Source: Patescibacteria group bacterium | GTDB taxonomy: Bacteria; Patescibacteriota; Patescibacteriia; Magasanikbacterales; GWA2-37-8 | Direction of reading: 5' to 3' | DNA length: 64,000 nucleotides | Assembly (NCBI GenBank): GCA_028688375.1 | Contig: JAQTYG010000001.1 | Coordinates: forward strand, 99,345 to 163,344 | In this document: piece by piece, positions 39,749 to 49,600 of the stretch | Position numbering within the stretch: the stretch's first letter is position 1 | Layout of the letters: every line of letters begins with the position of its first letter | Translations under genes and position numbers: made by a program | Notes under the pieces: generated by a model | Seen by the model: only the letters and a program-made list of their open reading frames with translations | Told to the model about the DNA's origin: nothing | Database searches by the model: none

Positions 39749-42388
39749 ATGATCAACCCGCAAAACTTCACCCAAAAATCCCAGGAAGCCATTCAGATGG
39801 CCTCACAAATCGCCCAGGAAAACAACCAACCGCAGGTGGAACCGCCGCATCTTTTTTTGGCCTTGCTTCAAGACGAAGAGAGCGTGGTGGTCTCGGTTTT
39901 ACGAAAATTGAAAGCCAACCTGCCGGCCATACTCGCCGACGCGCAAGAATTAGTCAATCGCTTGCCTAAACAATTCGGCGGTTCCCCGATTATGGGCAAC
40001 GGCCAGATTATGTTAAGCCAACCGACCATGAGCCTGTTGCAAAACGCTCAAACCGAATCCAAAAAAATGGGCGACGAATATATTAGCGTGGAACATTTGT
40101 TTTTGGCATTTTTATCCGGTAAAAATCCGATCAGCGACGCGCTGTCAAAAAATCATAAAATCGCTTATGATGAAGTTCTAAAATCTCTCGCCTCCATCCG
40201 CGGGACACAAAAAGTAGATTCTCCAAATCCGGAAATAAAATACAATGCTTTGGAAAAATACGGAAAAAATCTGACCGAATTGGCGCGCAAGGAAAAAATC
40301 GACCCGGTCATCGGACGCGACGATGAAATCCGCCGAGTGATGCAAATTCTGTCCCGCCGAACAAAAAATAATCCGGTACTAATCGGCGAACCGGGCACGG
40401 GTAAAACCGCCATTGTGGAGGGCCTGGCCCAACGCATCGTCAACGGCGATGTGCCAGAGTCGTTAAAAAACAAAGAGGTAATCGGTTTAGACATCGGCTC
40501 CTTGCTGGCCGGCGCAAAATTCCGCGGCGAATTTGAAGAACGCTTGAAAGCGGTTTTAAAAGAAGTTGACGCCGCCGCCGGAAAAATTATTTTGTTTATT
40601 GACGAGCTTCACACCATCGTTGGCGCGGGCGCGTCCGAGGGCGCGATTGACGCCGCCAATATGCTGAAACCAATGCTGGCGCGCGGTGAACTGCACACTA
40701 TCGGCGCGACCACGTTGAAAGAATATCAGAAACACATTGAAAAAGACGCCGCCCTGGAACGCCGCTTCCAACCGGTGATGGTAAACGAGCCGTCCGAAGA
40801 AGACGCCATCGCCATCTTGCGTGGTATTAAAGAAAAATATGAAGTCCATCATGGCGTGCGCATTACCGACGCGGCTATTCTGGCGGCGGTAAAATTGTCC
40901 GTCCGCTATATCGCCGACCGCTTTTTACCGGATAAAGCCATTGATTTGGTGGATGAGGCCGCTTCGGCTTTGCGTTTGCAAATCGAATCAATGCCGGAAG
41001 ATTTGGACAAACTGAAACGCTCGGCGATTAAATTTGAAATTGAAAAACGCGCGCTGATGAATGAAAAGGGACCTGATGCCAAAGACCATTTGAAAAAATT
41101 GGAAAAAGAAATGGCCGAAGTGAAGGAAAAAAGCAACCAGCTGGAAGCGAAATGGAAAAATGAAAAAGATATTATCGCGCGCATCCACGACCGCAAAAAA
41201 GAAATTGACCAGCTGAAACAAAAAGCGGAAATCGAGGAACGCAAGGGCGACCTGCAAAAAGTGGCCGAGATTCGCTACGGCTCAATCCCCTCTTTGGATA
41301 AAGAAATTAAAAAAGATGAAAAACTGCTTTTGGAATACCAAAAAAATCGCGGTATTTTGAAAGAAGAAATCACCGAGGCGGACATCGCCGCTGTAGTGGC
41401 GCGCTGGACTGCCATTCCAGTGACGAAAATGCTGGAGACCGAATCGGAAAAATTCACGCAGATGGAAGACGCGCTGGCCAAGCGCGTGGTCGGGCAGGAG
41501 GAAGCGATTAAAGCCATTGCCAATGCCATCCGTCGTTCGCGCGCCGGTATTGCCGAACCGAACAAACCGATCGGCTCGTTTATTTTTCTCGGTCCGACCG
41601 GCGTGGGCAAAACCGAACTGGCCAAAACCCTGGCCGAGTTTATGTTTGACGCCGAAGACGCTCTGGTGCGCGTGGATATGAGCGAATATATGGAAAAACA
41701 CAGCGTCAGCAAAATCATCGGCTCTCCGCCGGGCTATGTCGGCTTTGAAGAAGGCGGGCAGCTGACGGAAATAATCCGCCGCCGGCCGTACGCCGTAGTT
41801 TTGTTTGATGAAATTGAAAAAGCGCATCCGGATGTCTTTAATATTTTACTGCAAATTTTGGACGACGGCCGAATCACCGACGCCAAGGGCCGGACGGTCA
41901 ACTTTAAGAATACGGTGATTATTATGACCTCCAACATCGGCAGTCAAACCATTTTGGATTTGAAAAAAGCCGGCGGATTCGGCTTTGAAGACGGCCGAGG
42001 TAAAAAGAAAAACACCGATGAAAAAATCCGGGAAAAAATCATGGAATCGCTCCACGAATATTTCAAACCGGAATTTTTGAACCGGGTGGATGAGATTGTC
42101 GTTTTCCACACCTTGACCGAAAAACAGATTGAAACAATCGTGGATTTACAATTGACTCGAGTGATCAAACGTTTGGCGGAAAAGAAAATCACTTTAGATA
42201 TTGACCCGGGCGTGAAAAAACACCTGGCCGGTGTTGGCTACGACCCGAACTACGGCGCCCGCCCGCTCAAACGCGCCATTCAAAACGAACTCTTGGACCA
42301 GCTTTCGCTGAAAATAATTGAAGGCGACGTGGCCGAAGGGCAGAAGGTGAAAGTGAAAATGGAAAAAGACAAAATCACAATTAAATAA
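39749..42388 (+). CDS. clpB: Chaperone ClpB
   Basis: Two AAA modules ([16 protein letters not shown]), long coiled-coil M domain, [16 protein letters not shown]. Confidence 0.95.
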   Translation: MINPQNFTQKSQEAIQMASQIAQENNQPQVEPPHLFLALLQDEESVVVSVLRKLKANLPAILADAQELVNRLPKQFGGSPIMGNGQIMLSQPTMSLLQNAQTESKKMGDEYISVEHLFLAFLSGKNPISDALSKNHKIAYDEVLKSLASIRGTQKVDSPNPEIKYNALEKYGKNLTELARKEKIDPVIGRDDEIRRVMQILSRRTKNNPVLIGEPGTGKTAIVEGLAQRIVNGDVPESLKNKEVIGLDIGSLLAGAKFRGEFEERLKAVLKEVDAAAGKIILFIDELHTIVGAGASEGAIDAANMLKPMLARGELHTIGATTLKEYQKHIEKDAALERRFQPVMVNEPSEEDAIAILRGIKEKYEVHHGVRITDAAILAAVKLSVRYIADRFLPDKAIDLVDEAASALRLQIESMPEDLDKLKRSAIKFEIEKRALMNEKGPDAKDHLKKLEKEMAEVKEKSNQLEAKWKNEKDIIARIHDRKKEIDQLKQKAEIEERKGDLQKVAEIRYGSIPSLDKEIKKDEKLLLEYQKNRGILKEEITEADIAAVVARWTAIPVTKMLETESEKFTQMEDALAKRVVGQEEAIKAIANAIRRSRAGIAEPNKPIGSFIFLGPTGVGKTELAKTLAEFMFDAEDALVRVDMSEYMEKHSVSKIIGSPPGYVGFEEGGQLTEIIRRRPYAVVLFDEIEKAHPDVFNILLQILDDGRITDAKGRTVNFKNTVIIMTSNIGSQTILDLKKAGGFGFEDGRGKKKNTDEKIREKIMESLHEYFKPEFLNRVDEIVVFHTLTEKQIETIVDLQLTRVIKRLAEKKITLDIDPGVKKHLAGVGYDPNYGARPLKRAIQNELLDQLSLKIIEGDVAEGQKVKVKMEKDKITIK

Positions 42389-42404
42389 CGCTATAAAAAA
42401 GAAG

Positions 42405-42440
42405 AAGCGCCGGGGACGCATGGGTCCGCGGCGCTTTTGT
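42405..42440 (+). terminator. clpB terminator
   Basis: AAGCGCCG.GGAC...GTCC.CGGCGCTT plus T run. Confidence 0.65.
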
Positions 42441-42455
42441 AAATTGCAACTAAGC

Positions 42456-42579
42456 CTCGCAAGCCAGATTTTTGTTGAGGATCATCGCGGAGTTCCGGCG
42501 TTATAGCCGGAACGAGCGTAAGGGCGGCGAATTCGCAAATGAGCCGACCCGGGTCCGAAACAAATGTCTGGCTTGCGAG
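42456..42579. repeat. 124-bp multi-hairpin palindromic element (MITE-like or ncRNA)
   Basis: 13-bp perfect terminal IR CTCGCAAGCCAGA / TCTGGCTTGCGAG extended by TTTGTT/AACAAA; internal GTTCCGGC-gttata-GCCGGAAC. Confidence 0.6.
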
Positions 42580-42650
42580 CAAAACAAAAAAACCACTTCG
42601 AGAACCGAAGCAGTTTGACTGGGCGGGAAGGAACGGGGCGGAAAGAGCGA

Positions 42651-43025
42651 CTACTTAATATGGGCTATCACAAGCATCCCGAGAGGAATATCTATACAAG
42701 AAACCGCCGAGTTGGTGGCGACAGTAGAAAGGGACGCTCTGTATGGCACACCTTCCGGTTCACATCCAGCAAGATCCGAATAACACAGGTTGGTTCGCGG
42801 ATCTTTGTAGTAAATCATGCAGTTGACCATGAAATCGGCATGATCCTGAATAGATTGCGCATCTCGTCGGTAAATGTTCTCCACGGGTCTGGATGTTTTT
42901 GGGTCATCTGGCAGGACCGACATCGCAAGCCAAATAACGGCGACCAGAAGGAAGAAAGAAAACGCTACTTTAATACCCATAAAATTCTTAGCTTTTTTTG
43001 CGTCCTTTGCTTCGGTATTCTCCAT
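42651..43025 (-). CDS. Orphan membrane-anchored hypothetical protein
   Basis: Strong SD AAGGAGGAGGG before ATG 43025; one TM; YYKDPRTNLCY motif; own promoter and terminator. Confidence 0.65.
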   Translation of the reverse strand: MENTEAKDAKKAKNFMGIKVAFSFFLLVAVIWLAMSVLPDDPKTSRPVENIYRRDAQSIQDHADFMVNCMIYYKDPRTNLCYSDLAGCEPEGVPYRASLSTVATNSAVSCIDIPLGMLVIAHIK

Positions 43026-43075
43026 GTTCCCTCCTCCTTTTTGGCCGCTCGCTGGCGGTGTATTTGTTTGTAAAA

Positions 43076-43104
43076 AGTATCGCATATTTGAGATGATTTG
43101 TCAA
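43076..43104 (-). promoter_or_regulatory. Promoter of the orphan gene
   Basis: Minus strand TTGACA-N17-GATACT with extended TG. Confidence 0.6.
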
Positions 43105-43110
43105 TGACGC

Positions 43111-43234
43111 AAATGTCAAAATTACAATATCCAATTTCCAATAAAATCCAAAACTCGAATATCCAAAAAACATCTCAATTTTGGCATTTGAACTTGGTGC
43201 TTGATTTGATATTGGAAATTAGACATCGGGAATT
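43111..43234. repeat. Inverted pair of heptamer tandem arrays (cruciform element 2)
   Basis: aaatgtc-aaaatta-caatatc-caatttc-caat-aaaatcc-aaaactc-gaatatc ... tgaactt-ggtgctt-gatt-tgatatt-ggaaatt-agacatc-gggaatt. Confidence 0.72.
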
Positions 43235-43311
43235 AAAAGGTGTTGTTTTTTATTCCGAAAAATGATACACTTAAATTGGCATAAATCAGCACAAATGTTG
43301 TTTTTTGGTAT

Positions 43312-45516
43312 ATGAAACATTTTTTGATTACAATTACTATTTTCTGCCTTTTTTTCCTCCCCTCTTCCTCCGCTCTGGCGGCCACGGAGTTTAATCCGCA
43401 CTTCATCATTTCCGATGAGGAATTGCAGGATTGCAATGGCTGGACAGCCCGCGATGTTCAAGAATTTTTGGACAGCAAAGGCAGCTACCTACGAAATTAC
43501 CAATGCGAAGACGTCAGCGGAACAATAAAAACCGCGGCGGAAATTATTTACGACGCGGCCGTCCGTAATCAAATCAGCCCGAAATTTTTGTTGGTCACTC
43601 TGCAAAAAGAACAGAGTTTAATCACCGACGACTCCCCCACCGCGCGCCAGCTGGATTGGGCGACCGGATTTGCCGTCTGCGACGGTTGCGCTTTGGCCGA
43701 CCCGAAAGTGCAAAAATATAAGGGCTTCGGCAAACAGGTGGACGGCGCCGCCGGCATCATGCGCTGGTACTATGACAACACCGATAAAAGTTTCGTTAAG
43801 AAAAAAGACAGCCCGATTTACATTGACGCGCAACCGGTGACACCGCAAACCTGGGCCACGGCTTTTCTTTATACCTACACCCCGCATTTGCACGGCAACC
43901 AAAACTTCTGGCGCATCTGGTCGGGCTGGTTCGCGCAATTTTATCCCAATGGCACCATTGTTCGCGCCGCCTCGTCCAGCGATTATTACATGATTCAGGA
44001 CGGCAAAAAAAGAAAATTCGCCAGCAAAACAATTTTAGTTTCCCGCGCCGATCCGCAAACCGCTGTCACCATTCCGGATATTGATTTGCAAAATTATCCG
44101 GACGGAACAGGTATCGCCTTTGCCAATTATTCCATCTTAAGAGGACCGAATGCGACCTATCTCTTGGACTACGACACGCTTCGCCCATTCGCTTCCAGCG
44201 AGGTTGTCCGCCAGCTCGGCTACAATCCGCAAGAAATTGTTGAGGTGAATTACGCCGATATTGCCGGCTATGCCGTCGGTCCGGTTATCAATGCCTCTAC
44301 CACCGCTCCGCAGGGCGTAATTTACAAAATCAGCGATTTAAACAACACTTATTATCTGCTCAAAGACAATCTGCTCTATCCCCTAGCCGATAAAGCGGTG
44401 GCCAAGACCAACTTCCCGAACTTGGCCATTGAAACACACGGCAAAAAAGATCTGGCGCTATTCTCCATGGCTGACCGGCCAATTCAATTTACCGACGGTT
44501 CACTGGTGCAAATTAAAGACAGCAGTAAAATTTTTGTCATTGACCGCGGAAAAAAACGCCGCATTGCCGATGCCGACACATTCAACGCCATGGGCTACCA
44601 AAAATCCAATCTGGCGACTATTGAATTGACCACCGCCATGAGCATACCGGACGGCGAACCGATTTATGTAAATAATTCTCTGGCTTCAGCTGGTAATAAA
44701 TTTTTGGGTGATAGCGAAGCGCCGGTGGATGATGTTTGTAAAGCCAAGCTCCCGTCTTATCTGGTGGCTGAATATCCGAGCGGCAAAATTATTTCCGGGA
44801 AAAATATTGACACTAAGCGCTCGATCGCTTCACTGACCAAATTATTAGTGGCTTACGAAGCGCTGAGCCAAGATTACAACCTAACAAAAACCTCCGTTTA
44901 CAACAGCAAGCTTCACGCCAGTTCCGGCAACCCGCTCAGCTTAGTCACCGGAGAAAAATTAAAAAACAAAGACATTCTTTATTCGGCGCTGGTTTCCTCG
45001 GTAAATAATGCCGCCAGAATGGTGGCGACCGGTGTTGGTTTAAGCGAGAAAAATTTTATTGCCAGCATTAATACGCGGTTGGACGAATGGGGCGCGGATA
45101 ATACCACCATTACCGACACCACCGGCTTGGACGCGAAAAATATTTCCACGGCGCGCGATGTGTTAAAAATATTCACCAAGGTGCTTAAAAACGCCACGAT
45201 CAAAGACGCCTTAGGCGATGTAAATTATACTTTCAAAGAAGTGGTTAGCAAAAATAAGGTGGCGACGCATACTATTAAAAATACCAATCAATTAATGATG
45301 AATTCAACCAAACCTTACCGAATTTTGGCTTCCAAAACCGGCTATACCGATGAAGCCGACGCGGTGCTGGCGATGTTGATCGAGTCAAAAAAAGATAAAA
45401 AACAATACATCGTTATTACTTTGGGCAATACGAATTACGCGAAAAGATTTGACGAACCCAACCGTATCGCGACCATGACCGCCGCCGGCCAGGTGACCAT
45501 CGCCGGAATTAAATAA
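43312..45516 (+). CDS. Secreted multidomain protein with C-terminal S11 D-Ala-D-Ala carboxypeptidase domain
   Basis: Signal peptide; ISPKFLLVTLQKEQ domain; G..V.....Y.I..GKKR repeats; ASLTK (SxxK), SVN, KTGYT. Confidence 0.78.
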   Translation: MKHFLITITIFCLFFLPSSSALAATEFNPHFIISDEELQDCNGWTARDVQEFLDSKGSYLRNYQCEDVSGTIKTAAEIIYDAAVRNQISPKFLLVTLQKEQSLITDDSPTARQLDWATGFAVCDGCALADPKVQKYKGFGKQVDGAAGIMRWYYDNTDKSFVKKKDSPIYIDAQPVTPQTWATAFLYTYTPHLHGNQNFWRIWSGWFAQFYPNGTIVRAASSSDYYMIQDGKKRKFASKTILVSRADPQTAVTIPDIDLQNYPDGTGIAFANYSILRGPNATYLLDYDTLRPFASSEVVRQLGYNPQEIVEVNYADIAGYAVGPVINASTTAPQGVIYKISDLNNTYYLLKDNLLYPLADKAVAKTNFPNLAIETHGKKDLALFSMADRPIQFTDGSLVQIKDSSKIFVIDRGKKRRIADADTFNAMGYQKSNLATIELTTAMSIPDGEPIYVNNSLASAGNKFLGDSEAPVDDVCKAKLPSYLVAEYPSGKIISGKNIDTKRSIASLTKLLVAYEALSQDYNLTKTSVYNSKLHASSGNPLSLVTGEKLKNKDILYSALVSSVNNAARMVATGVGLSEKNFIASINTRLDEWGADNTTITDTTGLDAKNISTARDVLKIFTKVLKNATIKDALGDVNYTFKEVVSKNKVATHTIKNTNQLMMNSTKPYRILASKTGYTDEADAVLAMLIESKKDKKQYIVITLGNTNYAKRFDEPNRIATMTAAGQVTIAGIK

Positions 45517-45525
45517 CTTCGCCCT

Positions 45526-46317
45526 ATGTCTTTAGTTTTTTCCGCGCTTACCCCCCATCCTCCCCTGCTTATTCCCACCATCGGCAAAGCGGAGATCGGG
45601 AAAATAGCCAAAACAAAAAAAGCCATGGAGGAGCTGGAAGAAAAGTTGTACGCGACGCACCCGGATATAATTTTAATTATTTCCCCGCACGGCAGTTTTT
45701 TTTCCGATGCTTTTACTATCAACTCTTGCCCGGAATATACCACTGACTTGCGGGAATTCGGCGATTTAGCCACTAAAATAAAATTCAAGGGTGAATTGGA
45801 TTTGGCTTATCATATTCGCGCGGTCACGAAAAATACCGGTTTTCCCGCCACCATGATCAGCGAACCGACCATCGACCACGGCTCGGCCGTGCCCTTGTAT
45901 TATCTCACTCGCCATTTGCCTAACGTTAAAATCATTCAATTCGGTTTTTGCGATTTGGATTTAAAAACCCACCTGGATTTCGGGGCGATAATCAAAGAAC
46001 AGGTTTTAGCTACGAATAAAAGAGTCGCAGTGATTGCTTCAGGCGATATGTCCCACGCCCTGGCGACTGACGCGCCGGCCAGCTGGCATCCGGCCGGACC
46101 GGAATTTGATAAAAAAATAAAAGAACTGTTAATGGCTCGCAACACCAGCGGTGTTATCACACTGGAACCGGAATTTGTAAAAAACGCCGCCGAATGCGGC
46201 TTGCGGTCACTGGTTATTTTGCTCGGCGTTTTACAAGGCATGAACTATACTTACCGAGAAATGGCCTACGAGGCGCCTTTTGGTGTGGGTTATCTCACGG
46301 CTGAGTTTGCTCTCTGA
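45526..46317 (+). CDS. MEMO1/LigB-fold protein (AmmeMemoRadiSam-associated)
   Basis: PHPPLLIP, ISPHG, DHG..VPL, IASGDMSH, AAECGLRS, YEAPFGVGY. Confidence 0.8.
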   Translation: MSLVFSALTPHPPLLIPTIGKAEIGKIAKTKKAMEELEEKLYATHPDIILIISPHGSFFSDAFTINSCPEYTTDLREFGDLATKIKFKGELDLAYHIRAVTKNTGFPATMISEPTIDHGSAVPLYYLTRHLPNVKIIQFGFCDLDLKTHLDFGAIIKEQVLATNKRVAVIASGDMSHALATDAPASWHPAGPEFDKKIKELLMARNTSGVITLEPEFVKNAAECGLRSLVILLGVLQGMNYTYREMAYEAPFGVGYLTAEFAL

Positions 46318-46319
46318 TT

Positions 46320-48188
46320 ATGCGACTCCAAATCATCCCGATTTTACGACTACCGCTGTCGTTGCCGGCGCTGGATTATTCTGCTGATGACAATTTAGCG
46401 GGGAAAATTAAAATCGGCCAATTGGTCCGCGTCCCTTTCCGCCGTCACTTAGAATACGGCATCGTCTCGGCCACCACCGCTTCCAACGAGGAGCTGGCGG
46501 GAACTAAAATTAAACCCATTGACGCTCTGATTTTCGCTGAGCCGTTCATCGCTCCGGCGCAATTAAATTTTTTAACTGAGATCGCTAATTTTTACCGAGC
46601 CCCGCTCGGTTTTGTTTTAAAAACAGCGCTTTTTATTTTGCCTAAACGCGCGCCGGAAAAAATGTCTGAATGGATCGTGCCCTTTCACGCCGCGCCCGCC
46701 GCGCCCAGTAAACCGAAACTGATCAGTTGCGTCGAAACGACAGAACTAAAAAAACAATTGAAAAAAATTGCCGCTCTCGCCGGACAGCGCTTAATTCTCG
46801 TCCCGGAAATAAATCAATTGGAAAAAATCGCCGAATTTTTTCCTAAAAAAACAATTATCGTCGGTGGCGAACAAACCGCTAAAGCTTACCGGAAGTTATG
46901 GCTGGCGGTACGCTCTCAACCGGACGCACTGGTAATCGGCACGCGCAAAGCGCTGTTTTTGCCTTGGACCAATTTAACCGCCGTCGCTCTAACCGACGAA
47001 GGCAACTCCGATTACAAAAGCTGGGACATGGCGCCGCGTTTTCACACCCGCGACGCGGCGATGATTCTGACCAAGCACACCGGCGCTCAATTATTTTTTC
47101 TCACCGCTACGCCGTCGGTGGAGACTTATTATTTCGCGAAAAAAAATGTTTATGATGCTCCCGGCCCGCTGGTGGCGGAAATTAAAAATAACGCGCCGAT
47201 TTTTATTGATTTAAAAATGGAACGGCGGGGCGGCAATCAAGGAGCCGTGGCCGAAGACATTCTCAAGGCGGTGGCCAAAACCGACGGCGACGCTTTCTTT
47301 TTCATCAATCGCCGCGCTTCCGCCAATTTTATTCTTTGCCAAGACTGCGGCCACGTTTTTTATTGTGATAATTGTCGCCGACCGATGGCTTATTACCAAA
47401 AAAATAAGGAACTCAATTGCCATTTTTGTAAACGGCGCCAAGCGCTGCCCCTCGCCTGCCCGGCTTGTCAATCGGTTTCTTACCGTCTGCTGGGACTGGG
47501 CACGGACGGCGTGGCGGCCGAATTGGAAAAAATTTTCCCTCATGGCGACCGGCTGATCATCGCTCTTGATAAATTAAATCCGGAAGCATTAAAAAAACTG
47601 GGCGATCACCGGCCGAAAATTATCGTCGGCACGCAATTCGCCTGGAATCGTCTCGATTGGAAAAAAATTAAAATAATGGCCATGGTTGATCCGGACGCTG
47701 AACTTTCTATCCCGGAATATAAGGCGGCCGAAGAAATGTGGCAAACACTGCGCGCGGCTCGGACGCTACTGGAGCCGGAGGCTAAACTTTATTTGCAAAC
47801 CAGCCGTCCGGAACACCGCGTCTTTCAGGGCATGTATCGACCGGAGGAATTTTATGAAGCCGAATTAAATGAGCGCCATTTGCTCAATTACCCGCCCTTC
47901 AACTATTTAATTCGGCTTTATTGCGGGCACGCGGAAAAGCACACGGCCGAATCCGCCGGACATATTTTAGCGGACAAAATAGCCGCCTTGACTCGGACAC
48001 TGGAAGATGTTAAAATGAGCGGTCCCCTGGATTCTTCGCCACCCTATTGGCGCCACAATTTCTGGCAAATAATTCTGCTGAAATTAAACTATAAAAATTT
48101 TAAACAACGGGCTGGCGAGGTCTTAAAAATAGTGCCGGAAGAATGGAAAGTCGACCCCAATCCAAATAATATAATTTCTATCGGATAA
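46320..48188 (+). CDS. priA: Primosomal protein N' (degenerate helicase motifs)
   Basis: GQLVRVPF, LILVPEI, IGTRKALF, TATPSVE, NRR, four CxxC, YPPF; no Walker A. Confidence 0.85.
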   Translation: MRLQIIPILRLPLSLPALDYSADDNLAGKIKIGQLVRVPFRRHLEYGIVSATTASNEELAGTKIKPIDALIFAEPFIAPAQLNFLTEIANFYRAPLGFVLKTALFILPKRAPEKMSEWIVPFHAAPAAPSKPKLISCVETTELKKQLKKIAALAGQRLILVPEINQLEKIAEFFPKKTIIVGGEQTAKAYRKLWLAVRSQPDALVIGTRKALFLPWTNLTAVALTDEGNSDYKSWDMAPRFHTRDAAMILTKHTGAQLFFLTATPSVETYYFAKKNVYDAPGPLVAEIKNNAPIFIDLKMERRGGNQGAVAEDILKAVAKTDGDAFFFINRRASANFILCQDCGHVFYCDNCRRPMAYYQKNKELNCHFCKRRQALPLACPACQSVSYRLLGLGTDGVAAELEKIFPHGDRLIIALDKLNPEALKKLGDHRPKIIVGTQFAWNRLDWKKIKIMAMVDPDAELSIPEYKAAEEMWQTLRAARTLLEPEAKLYLQTSRPEHRVFQGMYRPEEFYEAELNERHLLNYPPFNYLIRLYCGHAEKHTAESAGHILADKIAALTRTLEDVKMSGPLDSSPPYWRHNFWQIILLKLNYKNFKQRAGEVLKIVPEEWKVDPNPNNIISIG

Positions 48189-48191
48189 AAT

Positions 48192-48680
48192 ATGATCAAA
48201 AACATTTTAACCGAGCCGGAGCCGATCCTGCGCCAAAAAGGACGGGATATTTCTCCGGACGAACTGGGCACGCCGAAGCTGGAGCAGTTGACGCGCGACC
48301 TAATTGCCACTATGTACGCCAAAGACGGCGTCGGTATTGCCGCGCCTCAAATCGGACAATCGGTTCAAATTTGCGCCATTGCCCGCGAACATACACCGGA
48401 ACAAAAAAGCGACTTGGTGTTAATCAATCCGGTCTGGATTAAAAAATCCCTGATAAAAGTATCGGGCGAAGAAGGTTGTTTATCGGTGCCGGATGTTTTT
48501 GGCAAAGTGAAACGTTATAAAAAAATAAAAGTGACGGCGCTTGATCCACACGGTAAAAAATTGGTATTTGAAGCCGCGAATTTTCCCGCTCGAGTAATTC
48601 AACACGAAGTCGACCACTTAAACGGCATCCTTTTTATTGATAAGGCCAAAGATATTTACCGAACGGATAATCTGTTATGA
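48192..48680 (+). CDS. def: Peptide deformylase
   Basis: GVGIAAPQIG, EGCLS, QHEVDHLNG. Confidence 0.97.
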   Translation: MIKNILTEPEPILRQKGRDISPDELGTPKLEQLTRDLIATMYAKDGVGIAAPQIGQSVQICAIAREHTPEQKSDLVLINPVWIKKSLIKVSGEEGCLSVPDVFGKVKRYKKIKVTALDPHGKKLVFEAANFPARVIQHEVDHLNGILFIDKAKDIYRTDNLL

Positions 48681-49600
48681 TAAAAATCGTATTTTACGGC
48701 ACCGGAGATTTCGCCGCGGCGGTTTTGCGTCAAATCGCCGTTGACGGCCAATTCGAAATTCTCGGCGTCATCACTCAACCGGACCGTCCGGTCGGACGCC
48801 GGCAGGAGACACAAAAAACTTCGGTTAAAATTACCGCGGAAAAATTAGGCTTAGCGATAATGGCGCCGGCCACGCTTAAGGACTTCGACGCGCCGATTTT
48901 GACGGAGGCGGATTTGGGCGTGGTCGCCGAATATGGCTTGATTATCCCCCGCCGCTTACTTGATTTGCCCAAACATAAAACCGTTAATTTGCACGGCTCT
49001 ATTTTGCCGTTTTATCGCGGTGCCTCTCCCATCCAAACGGCCATTTTAAACGGAGAAAGTAAAACCGGCGTTACGCTAATGCTGATGGACGAAAAAATGG
49101 ACCACGGCCCGATTTTGGCCGTAACGGAAACGCCCATCAGACCGGATGAAACCCAAAAAGAACTTTTCGCTCGGTTAGCCGATGTGGCGGCTAAGTTGTT
49201 TATTGACCAAGCGCCGCGTTACGTGGCGGGCGAACTCCGACCGATCGAACAAAACCACGCCCTCGCCACTTACTGTAAAATACTGACACGCGCCGACGGC
49301 CAAATAAATTTTTCACGTTCAGCGCAAGAAATTTATAATCAGTACCGCGCCCTGACGCCCTGGCCGGGTATTTGGACAACTTTCGACGGCCGACGTTTAA
49401 AACTCACGAAAATCGCCTTAACCGGCAACGCCGAGCTGACATCGGGTAAAATTAAAGTAAACGACGGCCGAATTTTTATCGGTAGCGGAATAAATACCGC
49501 GATAGAGATTTTGGCGCTGCAAATGGAAGGAAAGAAAAATCTGCCGGCGCAAGAATTTATTAAGGGCACGCGCGACTTCGACGGCGCGACAGTGATATGA
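48677..49600 (+). CDS. fmt: Methionyl-tRNA formyltransferase
   Basis: VFYGT, TQPDRPVGR, NLHGSILPFYRGASPIQ, MDHGPIL. Confidence 0.95.
   Translation: MIKIVFYGTGDFAAAVLRQIAVDGQFEILGVITQPDRPVGRRQETQKTSVKITAEKLGLAIMAPATLKDFDAPILTEADLGVVAEYGLIIPRRLLDLPKHKTVNLHGSILPFYRGASPIQTAILNGESKTGVTLMLMDEKMDHGPILAVTETPIRPDETQKELFARLADVAAKLFIDQAPRYVAGELRPIEQNHALATYCKILTRADGQINFSRSAQEIYNQYRALTPWPGIWTTFDGRRLKLTKIALTGNAELTSGKIKVNDGRIFIGSGINTAIEILALQMEGKKNLPAQEFIKGTRDFDGATVI

Noticed and set aside
42456-42579. SRP RNA, 6S RNA or tRNA
   Set aside because: No SRP helix-8 motif, no tRNA T-loop/CCA pattern, too short and branched for 6S; kept only as an unknown structured element
42564-43073. 169-aa plus-strand ORF
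   Set aside because: Shadow of the minus-strand gene, which has a promoter, SD and terminator
38792-43234. CRISPR array
   Set aside because: The repeats are 7-bp tandem units without unique spacers; no cas genes
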